DNA of 64,000 nucleotides from Strigamia acuminata (Eukaryota): NCBI GenBank assembly GCA_949358305.1, contig OX442314.1, positions 29,326,001 to 29,390,000 of the forward strand, read 5' to 3'. Shown piece by piece: positions 1 to 10,779 of this stretch (position 1 is its first letter; each line of letters starts with the position of its first letter). The notes under the pieces were generated by a model. It saw only the letters and a program-made list of their open reading frames with translations, ran no database searches and was not told where the DNA came from. The position numbers and the translations under genes were made by a program.

Positions 1-2151
1 GTCACGAAGACCAAGGAGAAGCCGGTGGATAAACCGATCGCGAAGGCCAAGGGGAAGCCGGTGGACATTTTCGGCGACCCTGTTGAGGATGACTTTGAGT
101 TCGAAGAGTACGAGCAAGAGAATTTGGAGTTTACGGGTTCCGTCGACGCGAAAGGGGCTCAACAGAAACTCAAAAGCGAGAATTACGCGTGGACTAAAAA
201 AAAGGACCCGGACGCTGAGGAGGAATTCAAAATGCCACTCCAGTGCAGGTTTATGGTGACCGGCACTTCGAAAGACTTGGTCGATCCGCAGAAAACTCGC
301 ATTTACGACAAATCCCACATCCCGGCGAAACCACGCTTCAAGATTTACGAAGACGAACCGGCGGAACCGGCCAAGACACCAAAGAAAGCCAAAAAAGATG
401 AAGAAAAGGGCAAAGAATTGGCCAAAGAGCAGCAAATGGTAGATTCGAAGCGTTTAAAGGAGAAAGCGTCGGGTGATGAATGGGACCTTAAATCCAGGCG
501 GGAACGACGTGCTGCGGCGTCCAGAGATGTGGATGAGAGACGCCAGTTGCCGCCTACGATTCCTAGGCGAGGAATCCATAAAACGACGAGAGAAAGTGGG
601 GAAGTTGGCCCGAGTAGGGCGCCTTTGCTTCCGTCAGGGAGCGGGCGTGCTTCGCGAGGGGTTTGTGGAGAGGGAAGCGTGCATTTTCTCGATAGGAGTC
701 CGTATGTTGGTGGGAAGGATATTTTTCCGCATTTTGAAGTGCCTGTTAGGAGCGTTTTGAAGTTTAAGGATTTTTTGCTGTGTTATGATACTCAAACTAA
801 GACTCCGGTTTGGACGTTGGAGCATGTGACGAAGGAAAATGTGAAGGAGATGACGTGGTATCCTCCTACGACTAAAGCGGATTGTAAAATTCCTGCGGAG
901 TTTCAGGCTGGGCAACAGGATTATTGGAAAGTGATGAATAGGTTCAGGGAGATGTTGGTTGTGAATGTAGAATTGCATTCTGATCATGCGGAAGAAGTTT
1001 GTGTGTACACTAATGTGGCGCCTCAGGTAGAGATAATTGGGTTAGTTCCATTCAAAGTTTCTGTTTGTATAATAGTGAAAAACGAAGACAAAAATGAATT
1101 TTTGGTCCGGAAAATAAATTTTTAATTCGGAAAAATGACTTTTTGGTCCAGAAAATGAAATTTTGGTCCGGAAAAATGAAATTTCGGTCCGGAAAAATGA
1201 ATTTTCTGTCCGGAAAATGAATTTTCGGTTTGGAAAATAAATTTTTGCTTCGGAAAAATAAATTTCAGTTCGGAAAAATAAATTTCAGTTCAGAAAAATA
1301 AATTTCAGTTTCGGAAAACGAATTATCGCTTATCGGTTCGGAAAATAAATTTTTGGTCCGGAAAATAAATTTTTGGTCCGAAAAATAAATTTTTGGTCCA
1401 AAAAATAAATTTTTAGTCCGGAAAATAAATTTTTGGTCCGAAAAATAAATTTTTGTTCCAGAAAATAAATTTTTAGTCCGAAAAATAAATCTACGATTTA
1501 TAAAATAAAATCAGAAACTTTGAACAGCTCCTATTCAACCAAATTGTTATTTAATGTATTTTGGTGTTGACTTTGTCTTCTTAGGCAACAGGTGGCAAAA
1601 CCCACGGAGCAAAAACCCTATGGACCGAATTGCAGGAATACACGGCTCATCTATTAAAAAAGCACGACCACATTTGGATTTTATCTGGTGTTTTGTATTT
1701 ACCAACGTAAAGGATTTTTGCTGCATTTAAGCCAACCTTTCATTAACCTCTTTCCATTCGTTCAGGAGGAACAAAGCGCGTAAACTGGTCGTGAAATACG
1801 AAACCATCGGCAAGCAGAGAGTGGCAGTCCCATCGCACTTTTTCAAAGTGATACTCGCCACGACTGCAAACCGTCCTGGCTTTCGTCTTGAATGCTACAA
1901 ATTTCCAAACGAAGTCCTTCAAGATCTCAACTTGTCTTGCCACCACGTCTCAAGATCCGAGTTGGAGATGGATGCTGGCTTTAAGATATTCGAGCGCGTC
2001 CAAGATGACAAAGTCACCGTCAACTACACGGATGTACATTTCCGCCCGGTAAAACTTGGCTGCTCCATTTATTTAAAAAAAAAAAAAACAAATCTAAACT
2101 TTCTCCCATTTCTTTTTCTTGCAGAAACCATTAAAACCACTGGCACAATGA
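1..2151 (+). CDS. EndoG-like (DNA/RNA non-specific endonuclease fold) protein 1 with long charged N-terminal extension, 5'-partial; exons <1-1026, 1585-1706, 1766-2048, 2125-2151; predicted catalytically inactive
   Basis: Frame open from base 1. EndoG hallmarks CYDTQTKTPVWTLEH, TNVAPQ, LW...YT..L...IWILSGVLYLP, VKYETIG..RVAVPSHFFKVI, FRLECYKFPN and LE..AGF.IF. Three GT-AG introns (phases 0, 2, 0) join in frame; AATAAA near 2189. Confidence 0.85.
1095..1490. repeat. ~20-21 bp minisatellite (consensus ~AAAAATAAATTTTTGGTCCG) in intron of EndoG-like gene 1
   Basis: Visible tandem reiteration; similar to the array at 41426-41815. Confidence 0.9.
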
Positions 2152-2510
2152 ACAACCCCATGTAACAATCATCCAAACAAATGTTTGCAATAAAAACAAA
2201 TGACACAAAACTAAAAAAAAATAAAAAAAAATTGCATTTTATTTTGAACATAAAATCCAAACCACATGACCAAACATGAAATACTTCATCGCCCTCTATT
2301 GCCAAAATATTACTTCTTGCTGTTTTGCCTCCCCAACGCCATCTAGTGTTGATTAACCATTTTATTTGCATTGTTAATACATTATTAGTGTACCACAAGT
2401 GTTTTAGCATTGGCCCTCACAATTGTTACAATCATTATCACCCAACACTTCAGTGTTAAACATCATTTTCCAAAATTTCAAGTTCCCTCCATTAATAAAT
2501 CACTTTATCA

Positions 2511-3645
2511 ATGAACCATCTTCGAGTTCTGTGTTTGACTGCCACGGCGGCGATAGGCGGAAGCTTAAGCAGGCCATTCATAAACCGATGGAAGAAAAAG
2601 TCTTTAAATGTGAATGCTGCCGGTGCCTGCCCTTGCGCCTGCCCTTGCGCCTGCCCTTGCCCGCAACAGAATTGGCCGTGCAACATACCCAGCTCTGACA
2701 TCAGTCCCGAGGTCACGCATGTGCCCGTTTACCCGCATCCAATATTGCCCAAAAGAAGCATACTCGAATTCGAGGACTTCATTGGATGCTATGACAACAC
2801 CACCAAGTCTCCAGTTTGGACTTTAGAACTCGTAAATCAATGCACGCTGAAGCGAAAGTGCAAGATTTCTCCACTCGCAGAACCTCTGCCCGATTGCAGA
2901 ATCCCGAAGGATTTTAGCTCGACCAGCTGTGATTACGACGGCGAGGAGAGATACACGAAATTGTTCGTCGCTTCGCCGAAACTCCACGCAACCGATGATT
3001 ATTTGTTTCTGACTAACATCGCGCCACATGTGAGATAGTTTAAGTGTAAAATGGTTAAGATTATCGTTGATTTGTTCTAGGAAAAAGATGCTGCTGGGAA
3101 GAGAAATGTGATGATTCTTCTGAATTCGTACGTGAGATTTCTGGCGGCGCATCATGCCAACATTTATGTCTGCACTGGATGCTTGTATTTGCCAGAGTAA
3201 TTTGTTGTTTTGGCATTGTTTTTTTGTTGTGTTTATTTTTGGTTTGGTAAATAGACTGAAAGTGGACGGCAGTTGGTTCGTGGACTATACACACATGGGA
3301 GAAAATAGAGTCGCGGTTCCCAGCCACTTTTTTAAAGTGATAGTTGGTGAGAATTCAGACGGGACGTTTCGTTTCGAGTGCTACAAAGTTAGAAATTCTC
3401 CCGCAAGCGGTGACGAAGACATTAGAGAGTTCCTCGTTTCGAGAGAAACGTTAGAAAAAGAAGCCGGTTTTGAGATATTTGACAAAATTGAACTGTGCAT
3501 GATCAGAGAAACGGACACGCATCCTGGATTTTGTCCACCACAAGTGAGAAAAATTGAATATTAAAATCATGAATCTTGAATTTATTCATTTTTATCTGTT
3601 TTTTAGTCGTGTGGGCGGTTCGTGGTTGCTCCTCGTTGCTCATGA
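2511..3645 (+). CDS. EndoG-like protein 2; exons 2511-3029, 3081-3196, 3255-3543, 3607-3645; possible mitochondrial presequence; predicted catalytically inactive
   Basis: CYDNTTKSPVWTLE, TNIAPH, NIYVCTGCLYLP, RVAVPSHFFKVI, FRFECYK and LEKEAGFEIF. Intron positions and phases match gene 1; in-frame TGA at 3643-3645. Confidence 0.87.
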
Positions 3646-4149
3646 GCTACATAAATAATACATCTTGTTTTAAAATGTAAAAATTGTACAAAATTATTAA
3701 AGATAAATTATTATTGGAAGTTCTAAACTGAAGCGCTTTTACGAGAAAAAAATCAATCCATTATTGATTATTAAGTGGAAGCATTTTCACTACTAAAAGC
3801 ACATGACGACGGGTCAGTTTAGAGACTTGACATTAGCGACACTAATTTTAGCAATCGCCATTTTGGCGACAGGTGCATTTCATTGATTACCAGCAATTAA
3901 TTAATATCAATTAACATCGTGAGATGATAACACGTCGACGTTGTTGTTTTAAGTTTAAGTTTTAAGTTTATGTCATCTTTGATCCAATATGCAAATCACG
4001 AATAAGAATCTCCACCACCAGAGGGAGTAGAACGAAATAAACTCGAATATTTCCTTCCAATCGTTTTCCATCCAACAGACGTGAGTACGTGACCACAAAT
4101 CCTGCATATACACAAGCGGCAGTGCATTTGGTGGAGCAGCAAGTTTAAA

Positions 4150-5775
4150 ATGGAATCAGCTAACAGGGATCAAGCCCGAAGAAGTCTTCAAATCAGTGCT
4201 AATTTGTACAATTCGCGAGAGGAAGGAAAACCCGACACGGTTGTGCTACGGTGCAACGATGACGGTCGTGTACTCGCCGATAAGCGGATATTGGTCGCTG
4301 GAAGTGATTATTTCCGTGGAATGTTCAAGCACGGCAACGTGGAGAACAAAACCAACATTGCAACATTCAAGGACATATCTTCTGAAGTTATGGAAATAAT
4401 AATCAAATTCTTATATGCGCAAGATATTCCTGTGCGTGCCGAAATATCTGACACTCTACTGGGAGAAACACTCATCGCCGCTAACCAGGTGCAGTTGAAC
4501 GAACTATTTGACAACTACTGGCCCGAGTATAAAACTTCGGTGACTATAAACAACTTTTTAGACATTTGGCAGCTGGCGGAAATGTTCAACGAAGACGAAA
4601 CGGTCCAAAGAGTTCGACTGTTTGTTTCGCACCACACGAGACTGATCTCCGACACCGATCGACTAAGTGCTATCACAACTAACCAAATGACAAGCCTAGC
4701 TAAAGTGCTGAACGTGAAAAATGCGGGCGAGTTGATCGTGTTTTACTTAAATTGGTGGAAACTGAAGTCATCCGCAATGGAAAGCAGCACCGAACACCTT
4801 TTGGAATTTATATCTAAATGTGGCATAAAGGATTTGTCAGACCATTCGCTTCGCACGCTGTTATTATCAGATGCTGTTAATAAATCGGCAGAAGTTTACA
4901 GCGCTGTAAGCAAAGTCGTCACTTCGAGGTGGTTAGCTACCGTAGCTGCAACATCGCAGCCAGTTGAAATAAGTGTTTTCGAAATTACGAGCGGAAGTTG
5001 CACCCGTAAAATCTCCTATTTAAAGCACGAAGAATGGAAATGTAAGAAGAAATGGATTGACGGCATCAGCGCAGAAACATTTTGGTGTCCGGCGTTGTCA
5101 ACAACGAAAGAGACGTTTTACTTTAACCATTTGCCACATCGATTAGGACTTCAAGCAATTGATCCGTCTACGGGTGACATTTTCGACAAACCCGAAGACT
5201 TTGCTGTGGATAATGTGTCATGCGAAACGACGAATCGTGCGGAAATCTATTTTAGAAGAACAAGTCATACTTATTCGTGTTTTTTTATAAACTCAGAAGA
5301 ATGGACAGTCCTCGATTTCGGTGACGACATTTCGAATTTCGAAACTTTGCTTTTAGCAACTTCTGATGAGAGGTTTGAGAGGTATTATTTCGATGTGGAC
5401 GAGTTGCACATCAAGGTTCTTGACATGGATTTGGGGACTTGTGTAACGAAGAAGAAATTACCGGGCAATTGGCAAAGTGTCATCTGTAAAAGTCGAGTCG
5501 TAAATTCTTCTGAAACGTTGATTTTTGTTCAAAAAATCCCCAGTAGCTCTCTGTTAATTTACGACGTTACAAGTGATTGCTGGAGTGTTGTTTCGTCGCC
5601 GAATATCGATGGTGATGTGTTCTTGTATGTTTGTTACGACGAAGACTGCCTAATTTTCGCAAAAACAGACGTGGCATACAACGTGTATTCGTTAAACACC
5701 ATGACCAAAGTCAATGAATACAAGACGCCAACTAATTTTGATGGGGTCATCCATTTTGATGTTACTGTTGCTTAA
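4150..5775 (+). CDS. Intronless BTB/POZ(-BACK) domain protein, copy 1 (541 aa), divergent beta-rich (possibly kelch-like) C-terminus
   Basis: BTB motif DTVVL...ADKRILVAGSDYFRGMF...ISSEVMEIIIKFLY...LIAANQVQLNEL, followed by BACK-like VTINNFLDIWQLAEMFN; AATAAA at ~5827. Confidence 0.9.
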   Translation: MESANRDQARRSLQISANLYNSREEGKPDTVVLRCNDDGRVLADKRILVAGSDYFRGMFKHGNVENKTNIATFKDISSEVMEIIIKFLYAQDIPVRAEISDTLLGETLIAANQVQLNELFDNYWPEYKTSVTINNFLDIWQLAEMFNEDETVQRVRLFVSHHTRLISDTDRLSAITTNQMTSLAKVLNVKNAGELIVFYLNWWKLKSSAMESSTEHLLEFISKCGIKDLSDHSLRTLLLSDAVNKSAEVYSAVSKVVTSRWLATVAATSQPVEISVFEITSGSCTRKISYLKHEEWKCKKKWIDGISAETFWCPALSTTKETFYFNHLPHRLGLQAIDPSTGDIFDKPEDFAVDNVSCETTNRAEIYFRRTSHTYSCFFINSEEWTVLDFGDDISNFETLLLATSDERFERYYFDVDELHIKVLDMDLGTCVTKKKLPGNWQSVICKSRVVNSSETLIFVQKIPSSSLLIYDVTSDCWSVVSSPNIDGDVFLYVCYDEDCLIFAKTDVAYNVYSLNTMTKVNEYKTPTNFDGVIHFDVTVA

Positions 5776-6099
5776 GACAAAGCATGAATTTCAACACATT
5801 TTTGCAGTTTGCAATTTTATAATTTGAATAAAAATAAACAATTTAAATAACTACATGTTATGCTACATAAGTTTATGTAATACAAAATATTTTTTGACCT
5901 AAAAGTTATTATCATCTTTTCACCCTATAAAATGCTATTTTTACCCTATAAAATTCCATTTTCCGGAGCAATGACGTTTAGATATCAATTCAAGAGTGTG
6001 CCAAAACTCTTAATTTGAGCTTGGCACACTTCGGGTCAGCGCAGGTGCACAATGAGCTCGTTTGGGTGCAACAAAGGGATTTGTTTGGTGAAGTGTACC

Positions 6100-7300
6100 T
6101 GGGGAGTTTACACATGACTTGGTTTGTCTGGTGCCAAACCAAAGTGATTAAAAATACAAGTACAAATATTTCTAAGTATTGATATTTTATGACCGAATAA
6201 AGAACAACAATTCAAGATCACCACAGTGCTTACCTTGTTGCGACTCCGGGTTTCTCGACCTGTAAAATACTTACCTTTACTGGTCGATCCGCAATTGAGC
6301 TGCCGTTGATAGGACTTAGACTCTAGTGCTTGTAAAATGGTGTCTAGGGGTAATTTTAATGGAATGAAAACTGCCGTTTGAATGTAATAAAATAACAAAT
6401 AACTTTATTCGGTGAATTTACAAGAATAATGATAATAATAATATTAATAATTAGGACTAGAAATTATATAAGAAGAATGAAATGGAGAATATAACGAGAG
6501 CGACAATGCTCTCGACAAACAAAGGCTTTATTTTGGCGCGCGATGGCGAGACGAACTTGCCGATTCAAATTTCGTCGCTCGTTCGATGGTTTCAACTGCG
6601 GACTCCGGAGGAAAGCTCACGGTGGTCCACAGTCTCTACAATGGTTCACGGGCAAACGTTGGTGCTATGCCAGCAACGATGAGTCTCGGAACAAGTCAGA
6701 CGAGACTCACAATAACCGGTAGTGAGCGGTTTTCTCGGGCGTTACCCGAGATTCGTGTAAGTGCGGGTAACCGACGATGGCGGTTACACGCAAAGCGCAA
6801 ATGAGGCTGGTTCCACCGTCAATACAGTGGAAACAGCAAAGATGAATCTCAACTCACCAAACTAACACTATCAATACTTGAAGTCTTGGGTTTTGAATCC
6901 TTTTCATAGCAGTGATGTTGTGTTCTTGTTGGTGATGTGGTCGAGAGTGAGTTCGCCGCCAAAATTTGGGGCTTTTATGCACTCTCTGGTCCTGCGCACG
7001 AAATGTGCGTAGAGTGATGATTTTGGTGCAATACAGGATGTATTACATCATCATCATCACTCTGATGTAATGTTTTAGCCCAAAAGAGGGTAAAGTGTGC
7101 CTGAGGGATTTCCGCTCTCAAGTCACACTTTTGGCGTGTGCCACATTAAATAATTATTTAAGTGTGATAATTCTGCACCTGCAGGCTTAGCACACTTCGG
7201 TTTTTTCCCCCAAATAGGGGTGAGAATATGCAAGGGCAATTCTCCTCTCCTAATTAAGCAATTTGGTTTGGCGTGTGTCAAACCAAAATAGAATAAAATA
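6100..7300 (-). mobile_element. LTR-like or other TE relic (boundaries uncertain)
   Basis: Minus-strand TATA-like box (~6975) and AATAAA (~6405); weak direct similarity between 6020-6170 and 7185-7305; it interrupts the duplicated cassette. No TSD found. Confidence 0.3.
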
Positions 7301-8097
7301 TACAATTTCTTTAGTGGTGACAAATTTATTTCGAATATAAATAAAAACACTTCAGGGTCACCACAACCTCTGATTGCTCCATTGTGCTCATCGTTACATT
7401 GCTTCTTTTGATATCGCATGACCTCGTCTTTCTACAGACGCCAGTTTTTACACAGGTACTTGAGTGGGGACTCCACTTGCTACTTCTTCGTCGTGAGCTT
7501 CCAAGACACACAATCTTTGTACGGTCGACACAAATTCTTGGCGACAGCCACTTTCAACTCACGAGCACGCATACGCCCATCACGACCTCGGAAAATTTCT
7601 ATCATTCTTTCTATCTTTCAAGTCATTTTAGGCTGATTCAGATCTTCGACTTATACGACATTGCCTTGTCCCAACTTCAAGATTGTGGTAACTGTTGATG
7701 ACAAACGTGTATCTGTTTTCTGACTAGGATCCGGTAGGTTATAGCTGCGTTTTCTGACCAGAAAGTGGGTTGGAGTTATTGGCTGACTGTCTTTAGAGTG
7801 TTTAATTCCATTGGTCAAACCTTGACCTTTTGTTAATTTGTAAGATGCGCACGCGTCCAGCGTCCCCTATGTTAATTTTTGTTAATAAAACCAGTTATGT
7901 TACTTCTGTAACAAGAATGGTTGCTTCTTTTACATCGTGATCGCAATCTACAAGTATCAACTTTTTGTTATGTTTTTTGCCACTTTGCTACAATTTTCGG
8001 ACTGTTGCTGACCACGCGTTTCACGAGTAGGCATAGTCTTTGATTCTTCGAATTTTCACGTGTTTCTGCTCGCTTTTCCAACTTTTTGTCATCAAAA

Positions 8098-8333
8098 ATG
8101 TCGTCGTTGAAAGGCACACCATGCGAATACGATCCAGTCATCCAGCCGATGATTGGGAATTATATTGCATGCGGATAGCAAGTATCTTTGCTTGCTACAA
8201 AATCGTGGATGATGCGGAAAAGGTGCACACCCTGCTGTCATATGTGGGTATGCCCACCTTTAAGCAAGTTGTTATGCTTACGTCGCCAAAAACACCATCG
8301 GAAGTGCCATATGCGGAGTTGGTAGAAATATAA
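8098..8333 (+). mobile_element. Truncated, frameshifted gag N-terminus of a Mag/gypsy element related to the 50405-53005 element
   Basis: PADDWELYCMRIASIFACYKIVDDAEKVHTLLSYVGMPTF aligns with PQDDWSTYVLQMSCVFACNKVVDDADKVNTLLSCVGMATF; the leader motif TTGCTGACCACGCGTT is shared (8005 vs 50680). Confidence 0.8.
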
Positions 8334-9163
8334 ATATAATATACATATAAAAATATATGGAAATATGTAAAAATATATATCTTTAATCATTGTTTAGTTT
8401 AATAAAGTGATTTTATGGCGCTTTTTAAACATACTAACCATTAACTAAAGGCCTATTTTAAGAAAACAAATCAGCTGAAATAAAGTCAGCCATTGAGGCA
8501 AAAATTAAATTTCTACTACAAAAATACTGAATTACTTAAATAAATGTATTCAAATGTGCATTATTGTGCAAGTACACAAAAAAATCACTATTTTTTTTTA
8601 ATGCCTCAATAAATTTTTTTTTTTGTTGATTTATTTTTTTGATTTGTTTCCTTTTTAAAAAGAAATCATTTAACTGAAGATGACTAAGATAAATTGGATA
8701 GTACTAATTTGATGGTTCTCTACAATTTTGTAATTGGAAATTTTGCTCTAACATGATTGGTTTAGAAGTTAGCAAGTAATTGACCTTGAAAATGGCTTTC
8801 AAGGTCAAATTTGATGACATCATTGGATTTCTCTCACCCAACCTCTATACGATGGCTTCATCAAAGTTGGCCTAGATGCAATTGCTCAGGAAATATTTGA
8901 GGGGAACAGACTTTTGTATAAAATAGTACTCCGTATAATATATATAATTATTTATTAAAATATTTTATATTTACATTGCTTATAAATTTTATTACGCCTA
9001 ATTAGGTTTCATTGTAAACGATCAAATAAAGTAAAAATATAATGAAGCATGTGCTGTCGTCGTAAACTGGAATCAAATTGTATACATAAGCTAATGCAAT
9101 TTGACAGCTGAAACCATTCGACCGACGACAGCTAAAACCAAACATCAACATCCAGCTCTGAAA

Positions 9164-9385
9164 ATGAAATCCACTGTCTTGGCTTTGCTGTTTTTATTCC
9201 TCGCCATGTCAGCCATGATGCTGTAAGTATAAGCATTTCTAAACATCGAACAAAACTCAATAATTATTCTCTTTAAAGTGTGGCCAATGCTGCCGACTGT
9301 CTCACTAAAGGAAAATTCTGCGCCTAAGTGCTGCGAGGGGTTAACGTGCAAGAGCTATCCGCTTAGAGTAAAATTTTGCGTGTAA
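9164..9385 (+). pseudogene. Secreted inhibitor-cystine-knot (knottin)-like peptide gene, frameshifted; exons 9164-9222 and 9279-9385
   Basis: Signal peptide MKSTVLALLFLFLAMSAMMLVANA and a 56-nt GT-AG intron. Then DCLTKGKFC, a +1 shift, and PKCCEGLTCKSYPLRVKFCV*, giving a C-C-CC-C-C pattern. Confidence 0.75.
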
Positions 9386-10779
9386 ACGAAGTTAAAAATC
9401 ATACCGGTCATTGCAAATACATGATTTCTCTTGTAATCCTATTTGTTCTCCATTAAAAACTAACCTTTCCCCTGCAATGTGCCTGCTCGTTTTTTCATTT
9501 CACTTAACCCTATTTCAAATTGTGCAAAACCGATTACAAAAACTTGATTACTGAATCAGTTTGTCACTTGGAACAAATTCAGTCTAGTAAATCTGGAGCG
9601 CATGCGCAGTTCTGAAATCAAGTTCTCTCGATTCCAGAACTAAGTACTGTAGTTCTGAACTCAAAATGGAGTCGAGAAGAGAGATCTTGCATTTTGCTTG
9701 ATATAACTTAAATCCACAAATAAATTCTTATCAACTAATTAACTAATAAGTTATTAGTTAATTAGTAATAATTAGTAATAACTACTGTATTAACTAATAA
9801 GAAATTATTCAGATAAACTTACTCAATGGCCACAAAACAAGTTGCCTTTCATAAACGATCATAACATTTATTCCACTTCCGTTGGTTAGCGTCGTACGTA
9901 ATTTAATGTGCAATTCAGGCACTAGGTGTCATTCAAAACTCAAACAGAGGTCGTCATCTGTATTCAGCCCTCATCGCGTTCCCTTCAAACATATTTTACA
10001 TTTTTCGAGTCTTAAATTTCCTTTTGCCTTACACAAACACTGAAATTTCCACAATTTCAAACAGAGACATTTACACGAAATGTAAAAAAAAGAGTGTGAC
10101 GGTTACACTGTCATGCACTTTGCTATTTTTGGACGTTTATTTTATCCATAGATGGCGCTAGTACGATTTAGCGGTAATTTCGAATTTCGATTATTTTTGA
10201 GGGAATAAAATATAAATTATCATTTATATTTTATTCTCCTTCAAGTTTAAACAATTATTAAACATTTTAGATGTGTTAATATTAGCTGATTTGTTTGTCA
10301 CATAATTCTATTAAATTATGTGCAAACTTCACACCTGGTGAAGTCACCATTCACCACCCACTGTGAGTTGGACTCCTTTCGGATTATAGTCAAAAAGACT
10401 TAATCCAAAGTGTGTCCTGCGTATCCAGTTCCTGTAGTGGACCTAGTAGAAGACTATGTCCTGGGTATCCACTTCCTATAGTCTAGGATTGGATGGATTT
10501 AGGTGACCAGTGATCCCATTGGATCACTGGGCAGCCCATTCTTCACACCGAGCATATATTCCCTCGCAAAACCGGATATACGCGCTCTTGTTGGTGGTCT
10601 GTTCCTGACACCACTTGAACCGGGTTTGGTGGACTTAGGGCCACTTGGGTGAATTTAGTTCATCTTGTTGCACTTAGGGGCAATGAATAGCTGTAGCTAT
10701 GGAAAAGTAACATTAATCTATTTTAATATTCATTCTCAGAATTCCAATACAGGCCGGGTACAAAATACTTGATATTTAG

